64,000 nt of DNA, taken from Nitrosopumilus sp. (GTDB lineage: Archaea; Thermoproteota; Nitrososphaeria; Nitrososphaerales; Nitrosopumilaceae). The notes beneath the pieces were generated by a model. It was given only the letters and a program-made list of their open reading frames with translations. It did not search any database and was not told where the DNA came from. A program made the translations under genes and the position numbers. Location of the stretch: positions 288,001-352,000 of the forward strand of contig CBDBLX010000002.1 in assembly GCA_965207445.1 (NCBI GenBank), read 5' to 3'. This document shows, in pieces, positions 20,930-31,585 of this stretch (the stretch's first letter is position 1; every line of letters begins with the position of its first letter).

Positions 20930-23806
20930 TCACTTGCTGTCCGGCAGTCCTACCATTAGGGCGATTTTTTGCAGTATTGACCTCTCCCTCTCTGCCATAA
21001 AACCACTCAGATCGTTATTTAGCATACAATCAAACGCTTTTTTGCTGACAAGGTGTTTGTCCAATATCTCCTCTTGGAACTTTTCACGGTCGTTTCCGTG
21101 GTTTTTCTTTAAAAGCTCACTGACATATACGGACGGCTTTTTGTCACTGATCTTTCTGTTTGTATCCTCAGACAGCCAGGTTATGTTGAGTATGGAGTTG
21201 ATATGGCCAGATTGCTCACTGAATTGCCGCTTTGGGAAAATATGATGCTTGTCGTTGTTGTCGTTTGTAGAGTGCTGTCCCGTGTCAAAGTCCTGCGCTC
21301 CCTCAAGGGCCATGAGGGACATGATTCCCTTGAATATTGCCCCCGTTTTTGTGTCCTCGAGGTTCAGTGTGTTTGGGAATCCCCTCCGAAAGTCCACAAC
21401 TGATTTTAGGATCTTGGAATCGTCGTCAAACCATCCTGGAACTATGCGGCCCGACTCGTTACGCCATCCCACCATCTCCCGATAGTCAGTTGTCAGTTGA
21501 CTGTCCACTCCAGAAGAATACATTTCAGCAAAGATGGACGCCCAGTACCACATACTTATCTTGGAGTGGCATGCACCCTTGTCAGTCCTCCCATCAACGT
21601 TTCTTAGCAGTGCTGCCAGAATTGGAATTACTGGAAGATATGGGAGCGCCTTGCGGCCGCTTACACCAAACCCATCATTGTGGTTCTCAAGCTTACGTAT
21701 GGCTTTGTATGTCCAATCGGCCATCTCGTCCCAGACCTCGTCAAATATGAGATCTTTTGGCTCTACCACACTACTGTATATCTTGAGGATGTCCTCCTTT
21801 CCGCACAAACTCAAGTCGTGATAAGACAGCGCGATCGACTGCAGAATATAGATGGGCATCTTATCCTCCCTGTTGTATTCCTTGAATTTGGGGTATTTTT
21901 TTAGCACGTCATCCCACAGGCGCCTAAGATCAATGTCGTATTTGCTGAGGGTAGCAATCAGTATATCAAAGACGCTCAAACTCTTCCCCTTGGTGTTGAT
22001 CTTTTCGAATATGTCTGCTACCTGCGGAAGATCTATGGTGGGTGGCAGCACCACGTACGGTATCTCAAACCCGTCTACAAGATGCTTTAACTTTTCTGCA
22101 AGTAACCACCCCACCTTTCTTACTTTATTGTGGTTTTCTCCGTCACTGACCGTATCTGACAAGGCGTGCACCCACTTGTCATAATTTTCCAACTCGTAGA
22201 ACGGGAACCAGAGTGACTTGAGTGACTCTTCCCAACTCAGCCTGCGTTCACGCATGACGATGTTGTTGCACTCGTTTCCTTGTAGGTAGCGTCCAAAGTC
22301 GATGTAAAAATAAACAGTATTTTTGATGTATTTTGTTTCAATCTTGGCTCCCTTTATTGCATAGTACAGCGACGTAATCCTCTGCTGCCCATCAAGTATT
22401 ATCATTTTGGTCTGAGCATCATCATCATTGTTGTTTGGGCCCGCCCCCATGATAGGAATGAGTTTTAGTTGTGGCTCACCTTGTGTCTCCCAGAGTAGTA
22501 GAGAACCTATGTAAAAATCCTGGAATATGGAATCAAGTAGGTCACGTATGTTGGATTTTTTCCAATCAAAATATCTTTGAAAGTTAGGTAGCTGCCACTC
22601 GCATCTTTGGCAGAGCAGTAAAAGTTCCTTTATCCTTATCTTGTCGGGACTTTTTAGGTGGTAGTGATCCCGATCGGGCATCTTTTCAAGATCAAGTGAG
22701 TTTATGAACTCTTTTAGATCCACCTCCTTGGGTTTCTTTGAGGTCGATTCGTCATCTGCCTCGTCATCTGCCTCGTCATCCGCTCCACTCCATTGATCTG
22801 TTTCTCTTTTGGTGTCATACCACCAGCAAAATAAATCAAAAACCACAAAATCCATCCCGTCAATATCAAGAAGGTCGATCAATTTTTCACATTTTGCAAT
22901 ATTGTCCATATAGTCTGCAAGCTTTTGGGAAATGTCGTCGTCCCATCCTTGGTAATATGCGAAATCCCCATACGTTCTTTTGATGCTGTTGTTAGTAAGG
23001 GGAAACGAGTCGTTTATGCAAAACAGTATGGGCGTGATTGAACCGCATTGTAGCTTTCTTGAGAGTCTGTTGTCTGAGACGAATTCCTCGATCCAAGTTT
23101 TGAGCTTTTCAGGCTCCCTTTGGCATCTTTCTGCAAGCGTAAATACCATGTTGGCTATGGCGTTCCAGTCCTCATCGGAGTAGTTGTAGCTCTTGAAGAA
23201 CGTCTTTATATTCATAAACGCGGGAAAGTTGCTTACTCTTTTCGCAAATTTTGTTTTATACTGTGGTAATAGCCCATACAGGATGGTGTCAGTGAACTCT
23301 TGACTCTTTCTGTCCATTTTCGATAGCCTTTCCATCATTTCCCTGACTTCTAGTTTCTCGTTTGTTATGATCTTTCTGTGGCTTTTACCATAGTCCGAAG
23401 ACATCCATTCTGTAAACTGAGCGACAATCTCCTCTACGTTAAATTCGTCAGCAAAGGGGGCCTCAGAATTCTCTATTCTACTCTTAGACAATCTTACCAG
23501 TGTGGCTTTTTCTGCAGGTGACAATTCTGCATAATTTACAAGAATATACTTTCCCGTCTCCAATCTTATTGCAGACTGCTGCTGGTCTCCCGTCATCAGT
23601 GCCTCTAGTGCGTCGTTTAGCCGGTTTTGTTCATACTTTGGATTCTGTTTTCTCAGTGTTTGTTCTATCATCGGTTTTGTGGCATGCCCATTGTTTTGAA
23701 GCATAGTAACAAGCAATGCGGAATTGTAATACGCTTGCTCTGTCTTGGATCTGACAAGCCTTATTAGCTTTTTGTAATACATCTCAGTACGCCTTTCGTG
23801 CCGCAA
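20930..23806 (-). CDS. DUF262 (GmrS-like) plus C-terminal HNH protein with a long N-terminal extension; GmrSD-like type IV restriction candidate
   Basis: LPNFQRYFDW, IGSLLLW, ILDGQQRITSL, IFEKINTKG; C-terminal KHHIFPK...NSILNITWLSEDTNRKISDK. The start may be the ATG at 23782. Confidence 0.88.
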   Translation of the reverse strand: MRHERRTEMYYKKLIRLVRSKTEQAYYNSALLVTMLQNNGHATKPMIEQTLRKQNPKYEQNRLNDALEALMTGDQQQSAIRLETGKYILVNYAELSPAEKATLVRLSKSRIENSEAPFADEFNVEEIVAQFTEWMSSDYGKSHRKIITNEKLEVREMMERLSKMDRKSQEFTDTILYGLLPQYKTKFAKRVSNFPAFMNIKTFFKSYNYSDEDWNAIANMVFTLAERCQREPEKLKTWIEEFVSDNRLSRKLQCGSITPILFCINDSFPLTNNSIKRTYGDFAYYQGWDDDISQKLADYMDNIAKCEKLIDLLDIDGMDFVVFDLFCWWYDTKRETDQWSGADDEADDEADDESTSKKPKEVDLKEFINSLDLEKMPDRDHYHLKSPDKIRIKELLLLCQRCEWQLPNFQRYFDWKKSNIRDLLDSIFQDFYIGSLLLWETQGEPQLKLIPIMGAGPNNNDDDAQTKMIILDGQQRITSLYYAIKGAKIETKYIKNTVYFYIDFGRYLQGNECNNIVMRERRLSWEESLKSLWFPFYELENYDKWVHALSDTVSDGENHNKVRKVGWLLAEKLKHLVDGFEIPYVVLPPTIDLPQVADIFEKINTKGKSLSVFDILIATLSKYDIDLRRLWDDVLKKYPKFKEYNREDKMPIYILQSIALSYHDLSLCGKEDILKIYSSVVEPKDLIFDEVWDEMADWTYKAIRKLENHNDGFGVSGRKALPYLPVIPILAALLRNVDGRTDKGACHSKISMWYWASIFAEMYSSGVDSQLTTDYREMVGWRNESGRIVPGWFDDDSKILKSVVDFRRGFPNTLNLEDTKTGAIFKGIMSLMALEGAQDFDTGQHSTNDNNDKHHIFPKRQFSEQSGHINSILNITWLSEDTNRKISDKKPSVYVSELLKKNHGNDREKFQEEILDKHLVSKKAFDCMLNNDLSGFMAERERSILQKIALMVGLPDSK

Positions 23807-23850
23807 ATAGCGTATAAAACATTAGTGATTATAGCGACGCTCATAAACTA

Positions 23851-23997
23851 GCACAGATCAAAGTCACAAATTGATTGCAAATAATACATGATCATTTTTG
23901 ATATGTGCCTGGCATGGCTGCAAGAAATGCGGCGCGTAACTGCCTCTAGGGGAAAAGTCAAAAATATATTTGATTCTAGTTACAGTATGCAAAAATC
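23851..23997. repeat. Diverged ~140-bp direct repeat, copy 2, followed by decayed IS-like DNA to ~24313
   Basis: Matches 19003-19140; AATTACGCACCA at ~24302 resembles the IS5-like TIR. Confidence 0.7.
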
Positions 23998-24663
23998 ATG
24001 TAAACCAAGATCCATGACTGATATAATCATTCAAAATAACTACTAGCCAAAGGCATCGCATGTACAATACTTGACATGCAGTAAGAATGTGACAAAATAC
24101 AAGTATGCAATTTCATTATTGTGTCCAAAGATTGGTTCACACGAACCTACGGTGGTGCGGTCATGGCAAGAAAGATGGAGAATATCTGCCAAGAGATCAA
24201 ATTAAAGATCCGCACCTATAACACAATGCTGCAAATTGGCCAAAAGGAGGTGACATTATAATTCAAACAACAACATAAACATAAACAACTATTTGCGCGT
24301 ATAATTACGCACCAGATGTAAAGAGTCCTAGGGCCGGATCAACATGTTTAATTTTTAAATATGTATGGCTTCAAATCTGGTCATTGTGGCTTGCGCTCTT
24401 ACACGTGTCACTGCAAGCCTGCCGAGTCATATTGCAACGGTGTCGTCCTACAGGATACGCATTGAATTATGCAACACGCTAGTTTACTAGCCTTTTATGA
24501 GTGACAAACCATTGACAATGGGGGATTGTGTTTTACTAATTCCTACAGTTATCAAAAAGTTAGATGATGTAGACAGAAAGTTAGATGTAATTCTTGACAA
24601 GTTGAGTAACGTCGAGACGTCATCTTACTAGTAAAATTTGGGTAATCTCTGGCCAACATTTGG

Positions 24664-24909
24664 TTACTTCATATGCTGTTGGACAGCGGTAGCACTATTG
24701 TTTACATCCTTTAGTGACTCCAATAAATGCCTCATTTGTTCAATTTCTTGAAGCGCGGCATCTAATGCCTTGTTGTGCTCTTCTGCCTTGTTGGCCTTCA
24801 TTAGGTCTCCCTTCATGGATTTTCGTACTGCTTTTTTGATCTTTTCATTGGCTTGATCTTGTTTCGTCTCCCATTCGGTTATCATATTGTCGAGGTCATT
24901 GATATCCAT
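24664..24909 (-). CDS. Small coiled-coil hypothetical protein
   Basis: 81-aa ATG ORF with heptad pattern and TTTAAA upstream. Confidence 0.6.
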   Translation of the reverse strand: MDINDLDNMITEWETKQDQANEKIKKAVRKSMKGDLMKANKAEEHNKALDAALQEIEQMRHLLESLKDVNNSATAVQQHMK

Positions 24910-25131
24910 ACAGTATACTATATAGCGCAGGAATTTAAATGTACTAATATCATCATCTTAGATCGTATTTTTCTACCAATGCTTGTTCATTTGGGATTAG
25001 AATCGTCAACTGTTGAGATGTTTTTGAAATTGTGGTGTATGATGTGACTTGATAACCACCCAATGTAACCATATATGTAATTACCTATGCGTCCAATTCG
25101 TTGTTATTTTTGTTATTCATAGAGATCCTTC

Positions 25132-26157
25132 TTGGCAACAATATATTACAAGAATCATATAAAGCGATTCATGGGGGACGCCAACAACAAATCCGAAATA
25201 AGCATATTGACAGAATCAGATAGAGTCATTTACCCATTCTGCCCAAGGATCGAGGAAATAAACTGCATGATCAGTTGGTGGAGAATAAACTACAACAACA
25301 TCCATATGGATCCAGATGTTGTGTACAAATGTAACAGGATAATTCGGCAACTTGAAAACTACCGGAACGATGTATGTAGCAAATTTACAGCATTCAAACG
25401 GAGCTTGATTCAGGCCACGAAGTGCGTGTACGAGCACGGGCCGGAAAGTGACGGATTTAAGGATGCCGAAAAACGTGCAAACAAGCTACAGAGAGATCTA
25501 ACGCGCATATCTGAAACAGCAGTCCACTATTTCCAAGCAATGGTCACAAAATGGTTTCATGAAGATGACTATTTCACGATAATGGATATAGAGGTGAAAG
25601 ACGGCAGATACGACTTTGACATTGAGATTGCCGATAAATGTAGCAATCACTATTGCGTTGAGGTGTGGCAGGGCCAAAGCCTACATCAACATGCAACTAG
25701 AGAGAAGGCCTCGATCGTGGGAGTCTATAACAACATACTTCATGATGATCCGGGATCAGTTCCGGACAGACTTGCCGATATTGTGTCAGAACAAGGCGGG
25801 GTTAGCATGGATTCCAAACACGACCTGCCAAAAATCCGGGAGAAATTGGAACAACTGCCAGACAACCGCGTGGGCTTTCTAGTCGCTTGTAGGAACAGCA
25901 GCAATTACTCAACAATGCTGCGGGGAATCGACTTTCCGATAGTTCCAACGGAATGCGTGCCGCCTAACAAATGTATCATAGTACTGATTTTTGACGGTGA
26001 TGCAGACTTTGGAAAACGTGGTACTGCGTTCACCGTGCATCATCCCGACTTTGAATCCGTTAAGACGGCGAGGGAGGTGATCCGGTCTTTGGGATTCACA
26101 TACGATCAGGACATATACACTAGAAAGAGACAGCAATTCGAACAATTCAACTTGTAA
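25132..26157 (+). CDS. Hypothetical protein, possible divergent PD-(D/E)XK fold in the C-terminal half
   Basis: 341-aa ORF; DIEVKDGRYDFDIEI...CVEVWQG is only weakly nuclease-like. Confidence 0.65.
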   Translation: MATIYYKNHIKRFMGDANNKSEISILTESDRVIYPFCPRIEEINCMISWWRINYNNIHMDPDVVYKCNRIIRQLENYRNDVCSKFTAFKRSLIQATKCVYEHGPESDGFKDAEKRANKLQRDLTRISETAVHYFQAMVTKWFHEDDYFTIMDIEVKDGRYDFDIEIADKCSNHYCVEVWQGQSLHQHATREKASIVGVYNNILHDDPGSVPDRLADIVSEQGGVSMDSKHDLPKIREKLEQLPDNRVGFLVACRNSSNYSTMLRGIDFPIVPTECVPPNKCIIVLIFDGDADFGKRGTAFTVHHPDFESVKTAREVIRSLGFTYDQDIYTRKRQQFEQFNL

Positions 26158-26325
26158 TCCGAACCAGAACGCGGTCACATCTAAGTTTTACTGGACTGGC
26201 TATCACACATGGCGCCGTTCTACAATTTTTTAATCTTCTGAGCATATTTGTCAGGATTGGAGTTTATGTCATGCTCCCAGAACTGTTGCATGGACCAGCT
26301 CTCACGCCGTAGCTTACCAGTAACA

Positions 26326-27704
26326 TCAGTAGTTTGCAATATGTTTTATATGATTTTATTTAAATAATCTACAATGTCGTTAAACGTTGATGATCATATT
26401 GGATCAGATCAAATAGAAAGTATAATATATGGGAACATTCTAGTACTTCTAACAATATATGAAAAATAAGATACTAGAACATCAATATAAATTAGGACGG
26501 GCAAATTATAAAATTTACGAAAACGATTCGTCGATCTCAGATTAAATGTATCAACTAGATATAACAGCAAGTATTGGGTGGATGATTATCTTGGTACACT
26601 TGCCACCATGGCACTCAACAACATGTGCGTAAATGCAGCAACGCACAAAAAAACGCAATGAGACTAACTATTTTAGAAAAGGCGAGCGCATAAACATACC
26701 ATCTGAAAATACTGTGCTCAAGCCTAAAGAGTGCAGATCTAGAGCAAGTAAAACACTGGAGGTGACGAGAATGTCAAAACTGTTTAACAATGCCCGAAAA
26801 CACAACATGCTCAAAAAAGGCAATGGTACTATTGCAATTGATATGACCGGATGGGAATTATGGTAAAGAACTTAAACCTGAGATGCTAAAAACAAAGCCC
26901 AAAAATGGTACTACAAGATTTTATTCATTTATGACAGCACAAATGGTCAATCAAGCAGGTAATTGTTTGCACATCGTGTGACCAGTAATGATAAAATGGT
27001 CACAGTCATGCGTAAAATCATTGAAAAATTAATTCAATAGGATGCACGTCCGGAACTTGGCCTCTTTGATCGAGGTTTTTACAACGTTTCATGTATAGAT
27101 GAACTTTTGCGCCTGCACCTGTCTTTCTAATGCCGGCAATCAAAAATAAGCACATACAAAAGTACATTTTAAAAGTTCACAACAAAAAGAGAAAAACTGC
27201 ATCAGTCATTGAGATGCGTGATAAAAACAAAAAGGCAGCAAGTTCACATTACTTGTCGTCAAGAAAAAAAATAATGCCAAAAAAACTGATGAAACAGTCG
27301 ATCAGTATGTAGCATTTGCCACAAATATGAAAATCATTAACAAAAGCAAACTTATCAAAACCATCCCCGAGACTTATCGCAAGCGCTGGATAATGGAGAC
27401 GGGATACAGAATGATAAAAAACACGACCCCAAAGACCTAGTAACGCCTTGCAGCTTCGATTACTGTTGATATTTTTTTGAAATGTTGTTATATGGATTGT
27501 AAGCAATAACAAGATACGAAAATTACGACGGACTTGCAGGTGGGAAATTATTCACAATGGATTATTCATGGATTCAATTGCTGGATTAATCAGAAGACTG
27601 CTTCGGTGGGAATTAGAGTACGGTGGCTCCTTGCCATTGTAAATCTGCCGCACTGCATAATCAAAAATAAGATCATTAAAAATTTACACATTGCGAACTA
27701 CTAA
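26326..27704 (+). mobile_element. Full-length pseudogenised ISH3-like element
   Basis: Ends TCAGTAGTTTGCAATATG / CACATTGCGAACTACTAA. Fragments TIAIDMTG, LFDRGFYNV, MPAIKNK, YRKRWIMETGYRMIK. Confidence 0.85.
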
Positions 27705-27782
27705 AGTGATGGACTGCAGGAGTTCATAAAGCCTACCAGAAAAGTATTCTTTAGACGAGCAGGATTGGTGTTTGCACACATA
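27705..27782 (+). mobile_element. Internal fragment of an IS6-family transposase
   Basis: Near-identical to 35377-35452 (AGTGATGGACTGCAGGAGTTCATAAAGCCT...). Confidence 0.75.
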
Positions 27783-27842
27783 TTACGCACCGACCTCGCG
27801 CATACAAAAAAATTCATATCACAAACAAGCACGCGCGTGTTA

Positions 27843-28421
27843 ATGGATGCTGAACAGGTAGAACAGCTTAACGAGGTAGACAAATTCATAATACTGCTGG
27901 CTGGAGCAAATGAATCCAAGCCTATTCCGGGGCCACTACATCTGCAAAAGGAGATGTACTTGCTTCAAAACCTATTTTCAGATCTAGCAGACGAAACAGA
28001 CTATGAGCCGTACTTTATGGGTCAGCATAGTGAAATTGTAGCAAATGAATTAGAAGAATTAAAACTATCCCGTCTAATGAAAGGATCTCCCGGCCCCATT
28101 ACACTAACAGCAGATGGAGATGCGGTATTGGCCAGACTAAGAAAAACATCAGATCAAGAAAGGATTAAGAAAGTGGAAGAATTTAAAGAAATCCTCAACG
28201 ATATGACCAAGAAAGAATTGCTTGCGTTTGTGTATTTTTCTGATCCTGCTCAGGATGTGCTTGCAGAAGAATCTACAGAGTTCAAAGACATAGCGCAGAA
28301 CCGCAAGCACTTGGCAATTTCCATGTACAAAAAAGACAAGATTAGCGCACAGAAAGCCGCCGAAATAGCAGGAGAAAGCCTAGAAGATTTTCTTGACGAA
28401 TTAAAACGGTGGTGCAAATGA
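27843..28421 (+). CDS. Panacea/SocA(YwgA)-like antitoxin fused to a UPF0175-like HTH
   Basis: LHLQKEMYLLQ...YEPYFMGQHS resembles the KLQKLxY...YxYGP motif. C-terminal KISAQKAAEIAGESLEDFLDELK is UPF0175-like. Confidence 0.65.
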   Translation: MDAEQVEQLNEVDKFIILLAGANESKPIPGPLHLQKEMYLLQNLFSDLADETDYEPYFMGQHSEIVANELEELKLSRLMKGSPGPITLTADGDAVLARLRKTSDQERIKKVEEFKEILNDMTKKELLAFVYFSDPAQDVLAEESTEFKDIAQNRKHLAISMYKKDKISAQKAAEIAGESLEDFLDELKRWCK

Positions 28422-28440
28422 AGATTATGGACGCAACTGC
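28418..28440 (+). pseudogene. Stub of a probable PIN toxin truncated by a MITE
   Basis: ATGA overlap with the antitoxin stop; reads MKIMDATA (PIN-like start) and then hits the MITE. Confidence 0.45.
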
Positions 28441-28521
28441 GTAACAGTTCAACCCCCGTACCTGCGCCAGACGTTAGGCGGTGAATTTGTGCCTAAATTT
28501 GGGAAGGGGTTGAACGGTTAC
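28441..28521. mobile_element. 81-bp IS66-type MITE
   Basis: GTAACAGTTCAACCCC...GGGGTTGAACGGTTAC; no target duplication. Confidence 0.85.
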
Positions 28522-28628
28522 TGCAAGATCTGTCAAGCCTGAGGGACGCGCGACGGGCTGTAAAGTAGGGAAGCATCCCGCTCGAGTACAGGGCGCGTAA
28601 AAAGTCCAGACAACCGGCGGACTGATCC

Positions 28629-29264
28629 TCAGGAACCGGCCTTGAACTCGTCAACCAAATGCACGAACTCGGCGATATTTGCGACTAGATCCCCGTCATC
28701 AAGCGGAGAAACAAAGGCCACCACCTTTTTCTGCCAGCCGTTGTACCACGTGCACGACCGCCAGTCCAGCCTGTGTTCGGTATAATCTCTAAAGTCCCTA
28801 GCCCGGCCGCCATAGTTGCCGCCCAGCCTCCCAGAATGTACGACATGCAGATGGTCACCGTTCTCCCTGACAAAGCCGCCTGCAATGTTGCCTTGCCGGT
28901 TTGCTATCGGAAAGTTGATCTCGCACGTGATCTTCAGGGTACCGTTACCGACGTTGCGGCCCGTCCCGAACGCGTTCCAATGCCTGCATCCTTCCTGGTA
29001 GGCCCACCAGAACTCGTAATCGTCAAACCAGTACCGCGGGGCAATGTCGTAGCCGCCTCGGTAACCCAACTTTTCCTCCCCCGTGTACATTCCAGCCTGC
29101 TTCAGCTTCCCTGACATCTTTTTCTGGGCATCGTCAATGACGATCTGGTCTCTTACGACGCTCATGCCGTCCTGATCTTCATAGTCCCTGTACGTCTCGC
29201 TCGATCCAAGCTTGGCCGCGTGCAGTTTTTCACACTCCTCGCGGGTGTGCGGTGGCAGTCCCAT
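28629..29264 (-). CDS. GC-rich hypothetical protein
   Basis: ORF with HWNAFG...ITCEINFP...HSGRLGG. Start moved to ATG 29264 because the upstream part lies in IS1595 DNA. Confidence 0.7.
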   Translation of the reverse strand: MGLPPHTREECEKLHAAKLGSSETYRDYEDQDGMSVVRDQIVIDDAQKKMSGKLKQAGMYTGEEKLGYRGGYDIAPRYWFDDYEFWWAYQEGCRHWNAFGTGRNVGNGTLKITCEINFPIANRQGNIAGGFVRENGDHLHVVHSGRLGGNYGGRARDFRDYTEHRLDWRSCTWYNGWQKKVVAFVSPLDDGDLVANIAEFVHLVDEFKAGS

Positions 29265-29292
29265 GTAGCATTTCACATGGGTCAATAATTTA

Positions 29293-30301
29293 GGTAATAC
29301 GTAACAGTTTGGACCTGATTTTTTAGGTAATTTGAACACTTATTTATAGATCAAATGATCTCTTTGTCTAATGAATCCGGAATGACGCAAATACTTGATT
29401 CTATCTTTGAAATATCTTTAACCAGAATGTCCGTCAAAAGTTCGAACAAGTTCTCGTCTCTATGGTTGTATCTAAACTCGATATACTTGAGATATAATGG
29501 AAAGTATGCTTTTGGAACACCACGATATGCATACAAAATTTTTTTTTGGCAAAACTCCAAAAACCTTCCACATTGTTGGTGTGGACATCATCTCTAACAT
29601 ATTCATCCTTACTGTGAGTCACAACTTGATGTGTACCAAGTTCATCTAACGTGCAGTATGCAGTATGTTCATCTGTATAATACAAAGAGCCTGGCGTGGT
29701 ATGTCTTTCAATTATTGGTCTGAGTGTTTTTTGCTTCCTATCAGGCACGATAAATGTACAAATTTCTCCATTTCTAGAATGTATACCAAAGACGAGTGTT
29801 TTTCCTGCAGCTCTCCAGCCACGTTTTTCTTTTCCATGACCTCCAAACATTACCTCATCCAACTCTACTTTGACATCAAAGATGAGTTTTGGTGATGTAT
29901 CATATATGGCCTGTCTGAATAACATGAATGTTTGCTCAATGGTGCGAAGACTAACATCCTCATAGAATCTTATTCGGTATGCTGGGACTCCAAGAACAAA
30001 CAGATATACAAGATGTGAAACTGTATCCTGTGGGATGTAAAGTCGACCGAGATAAGTATTTGTAAAATCACCAAATTTGAATTTACAACGCTTACATTGT
30101 TATCTTGAATCTAGACGGTTTAATGCTCTGTGGTTACATCTTGGGCAAATTCGTCTTCCACGCCATCTTTTCTTGACAAAAAACGCCCTACTTTTTGTCA
30201 AATTATTTACTAAGATTTTTGGGTGATTGCTAGGCACTATCTAGGCGTGAAATTATTTATCAATATGTACTTTTTCAAGGTCCAAACTCTTAGGTATTAC
30301 C
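29293..30301 (-). mobile_element. IS1595-family element with frameshifted transposase
   Basis: TIRs GGTAATACGTAACAGTTTGGACCT / AGGTCCAAACTCTTAGGTATTACC. Fragments VELDEVMFGG, KRGW, YTDE, HTNNVEGFWS and YLKYIEFRYNHR. Confidence 0.88.
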
Positions 30302-30323
30302 AAAAAGAATACTCAATCAAGGA

Positions 30324-31537
30324 TTAAGTGCCCACCCAGTACTTATCACCGTATATCCTTATCATCTCTTTATCTATTTGTTCATATTTATCATAATATA
30401 CATCAGAGGAAAATAACATACACTCACCACTAACATCATCATGTCCTAACAATTTCATTGCTAATTCATAACACTGATCTGCTATGTTAGAACCAAGACT
30501 AGCCAATACTCGTATTAGTGTACCTGCGTGTTCTTTTGGACATTCGTTTTTCACACAAAAACTACCTTCTTGCTCTAATAATGCATCTAAATCTGGTTTA
30601 GTTTCTATGGTTATTTTTTCCAATGCAAGTATGAATTGTGCATATTTTGGATCATTTGCAGCTTCTTTTTTAATATCATTTTGTATTTCTAAACGTAAAT
30701 CACAATGAAATGATTCACTGCAAGAATTATCCACAAATTTGAAGTTTGGATTAATCTTTTGTGGTTCTTGTGGTTTGTCAATATTACGATTCAATATGTA
30801 ACCGTTTTGCTCGTGCGCCAGCTCCGCCATCTCCTCCTCAGTCAGGGGGTCTCCTTCAACTATGATCTGTCCGGTCATCCACGGATGAACAAGACAATAG
30901 TGGTCGTATGTTCCTTTTTGGTCTAGCGTAAACTTGTATGATGCTCCCGCCAGTACAAGCCCGCTGTCAAACGCACCGCTGGGTCCGTCTGTCGCTGTTC
31001 CACCTATAAGGGTGTGGGCTACATTGTCGGTGTTCATGAACGTTATGGTAGTTCTTGGCCTCACAGTCAGTACCGGATAGTTGTAACATCCCTCATCGGC
31101 ATTCTGGCATCCTGGGATACCTGAACTTGGCATTGGTTCTATCGTCGCTATCTGGGCCGCAGACGTAATCACTGGATCATCTGATGGTGTGGCGCTCATG
31201 GTATCGGTGGCGGGCGGCGGTGTTTGTGGCGCAGACGTAATCACTGGATCATCTGATGTTGTGAAGCATTCGTCGTATGACCCTGTACAATTCTTCGGGG
31301 ACAGTGCCGACGGATCATAATCGGGTTCAGATTCCTGTTCTGCGGGCCCCAACCACGTCAAAAGTACGCCCAGAAATATCAGTATCGCCAACAATACGGC
31401 GCCAAGCATGAGGCAGTTTTTGGCCTTTTCCGGGTCTTCGTTCCGCAACACAAAATATGCGATTGCTCCGCCGCTTATGTTCAGGATATGGGTAGCAGGA
31501 ACCACCAGTTACTCTTGACTTTAGTTGCGGCTTTCAT
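30324..31537 (-). CDS. Membrane-anchored cupredoxin (plastocyanin-like) domain protein with an apparent N-terminal frameshift
   Basis: NTDNVAHT...FDSGL...YDHYCLVHPWMTGQIIV type-1 Cu site. The N-terminus MKAATKVKSNWWFLLPI (ATG 31537) is out of frame with GGAIAYFVLRNEDPEKAKNCL. Confidence 0.75.
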
Positions 31538-31585
31538 GGCCTATTCGTTTCCATCCATGCTTTATACGTACTTGTTCAAATTATG

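Noticed and set aside
28441..28521. 81-bp palindromes as integron attC sites (contain GTTAGGC and GCCTAA)
   Set aside because: The core motifs are in the wrong order for attC, there is no integrase in the window, the ends match IS66 TIRs, and copies carry target duplications.
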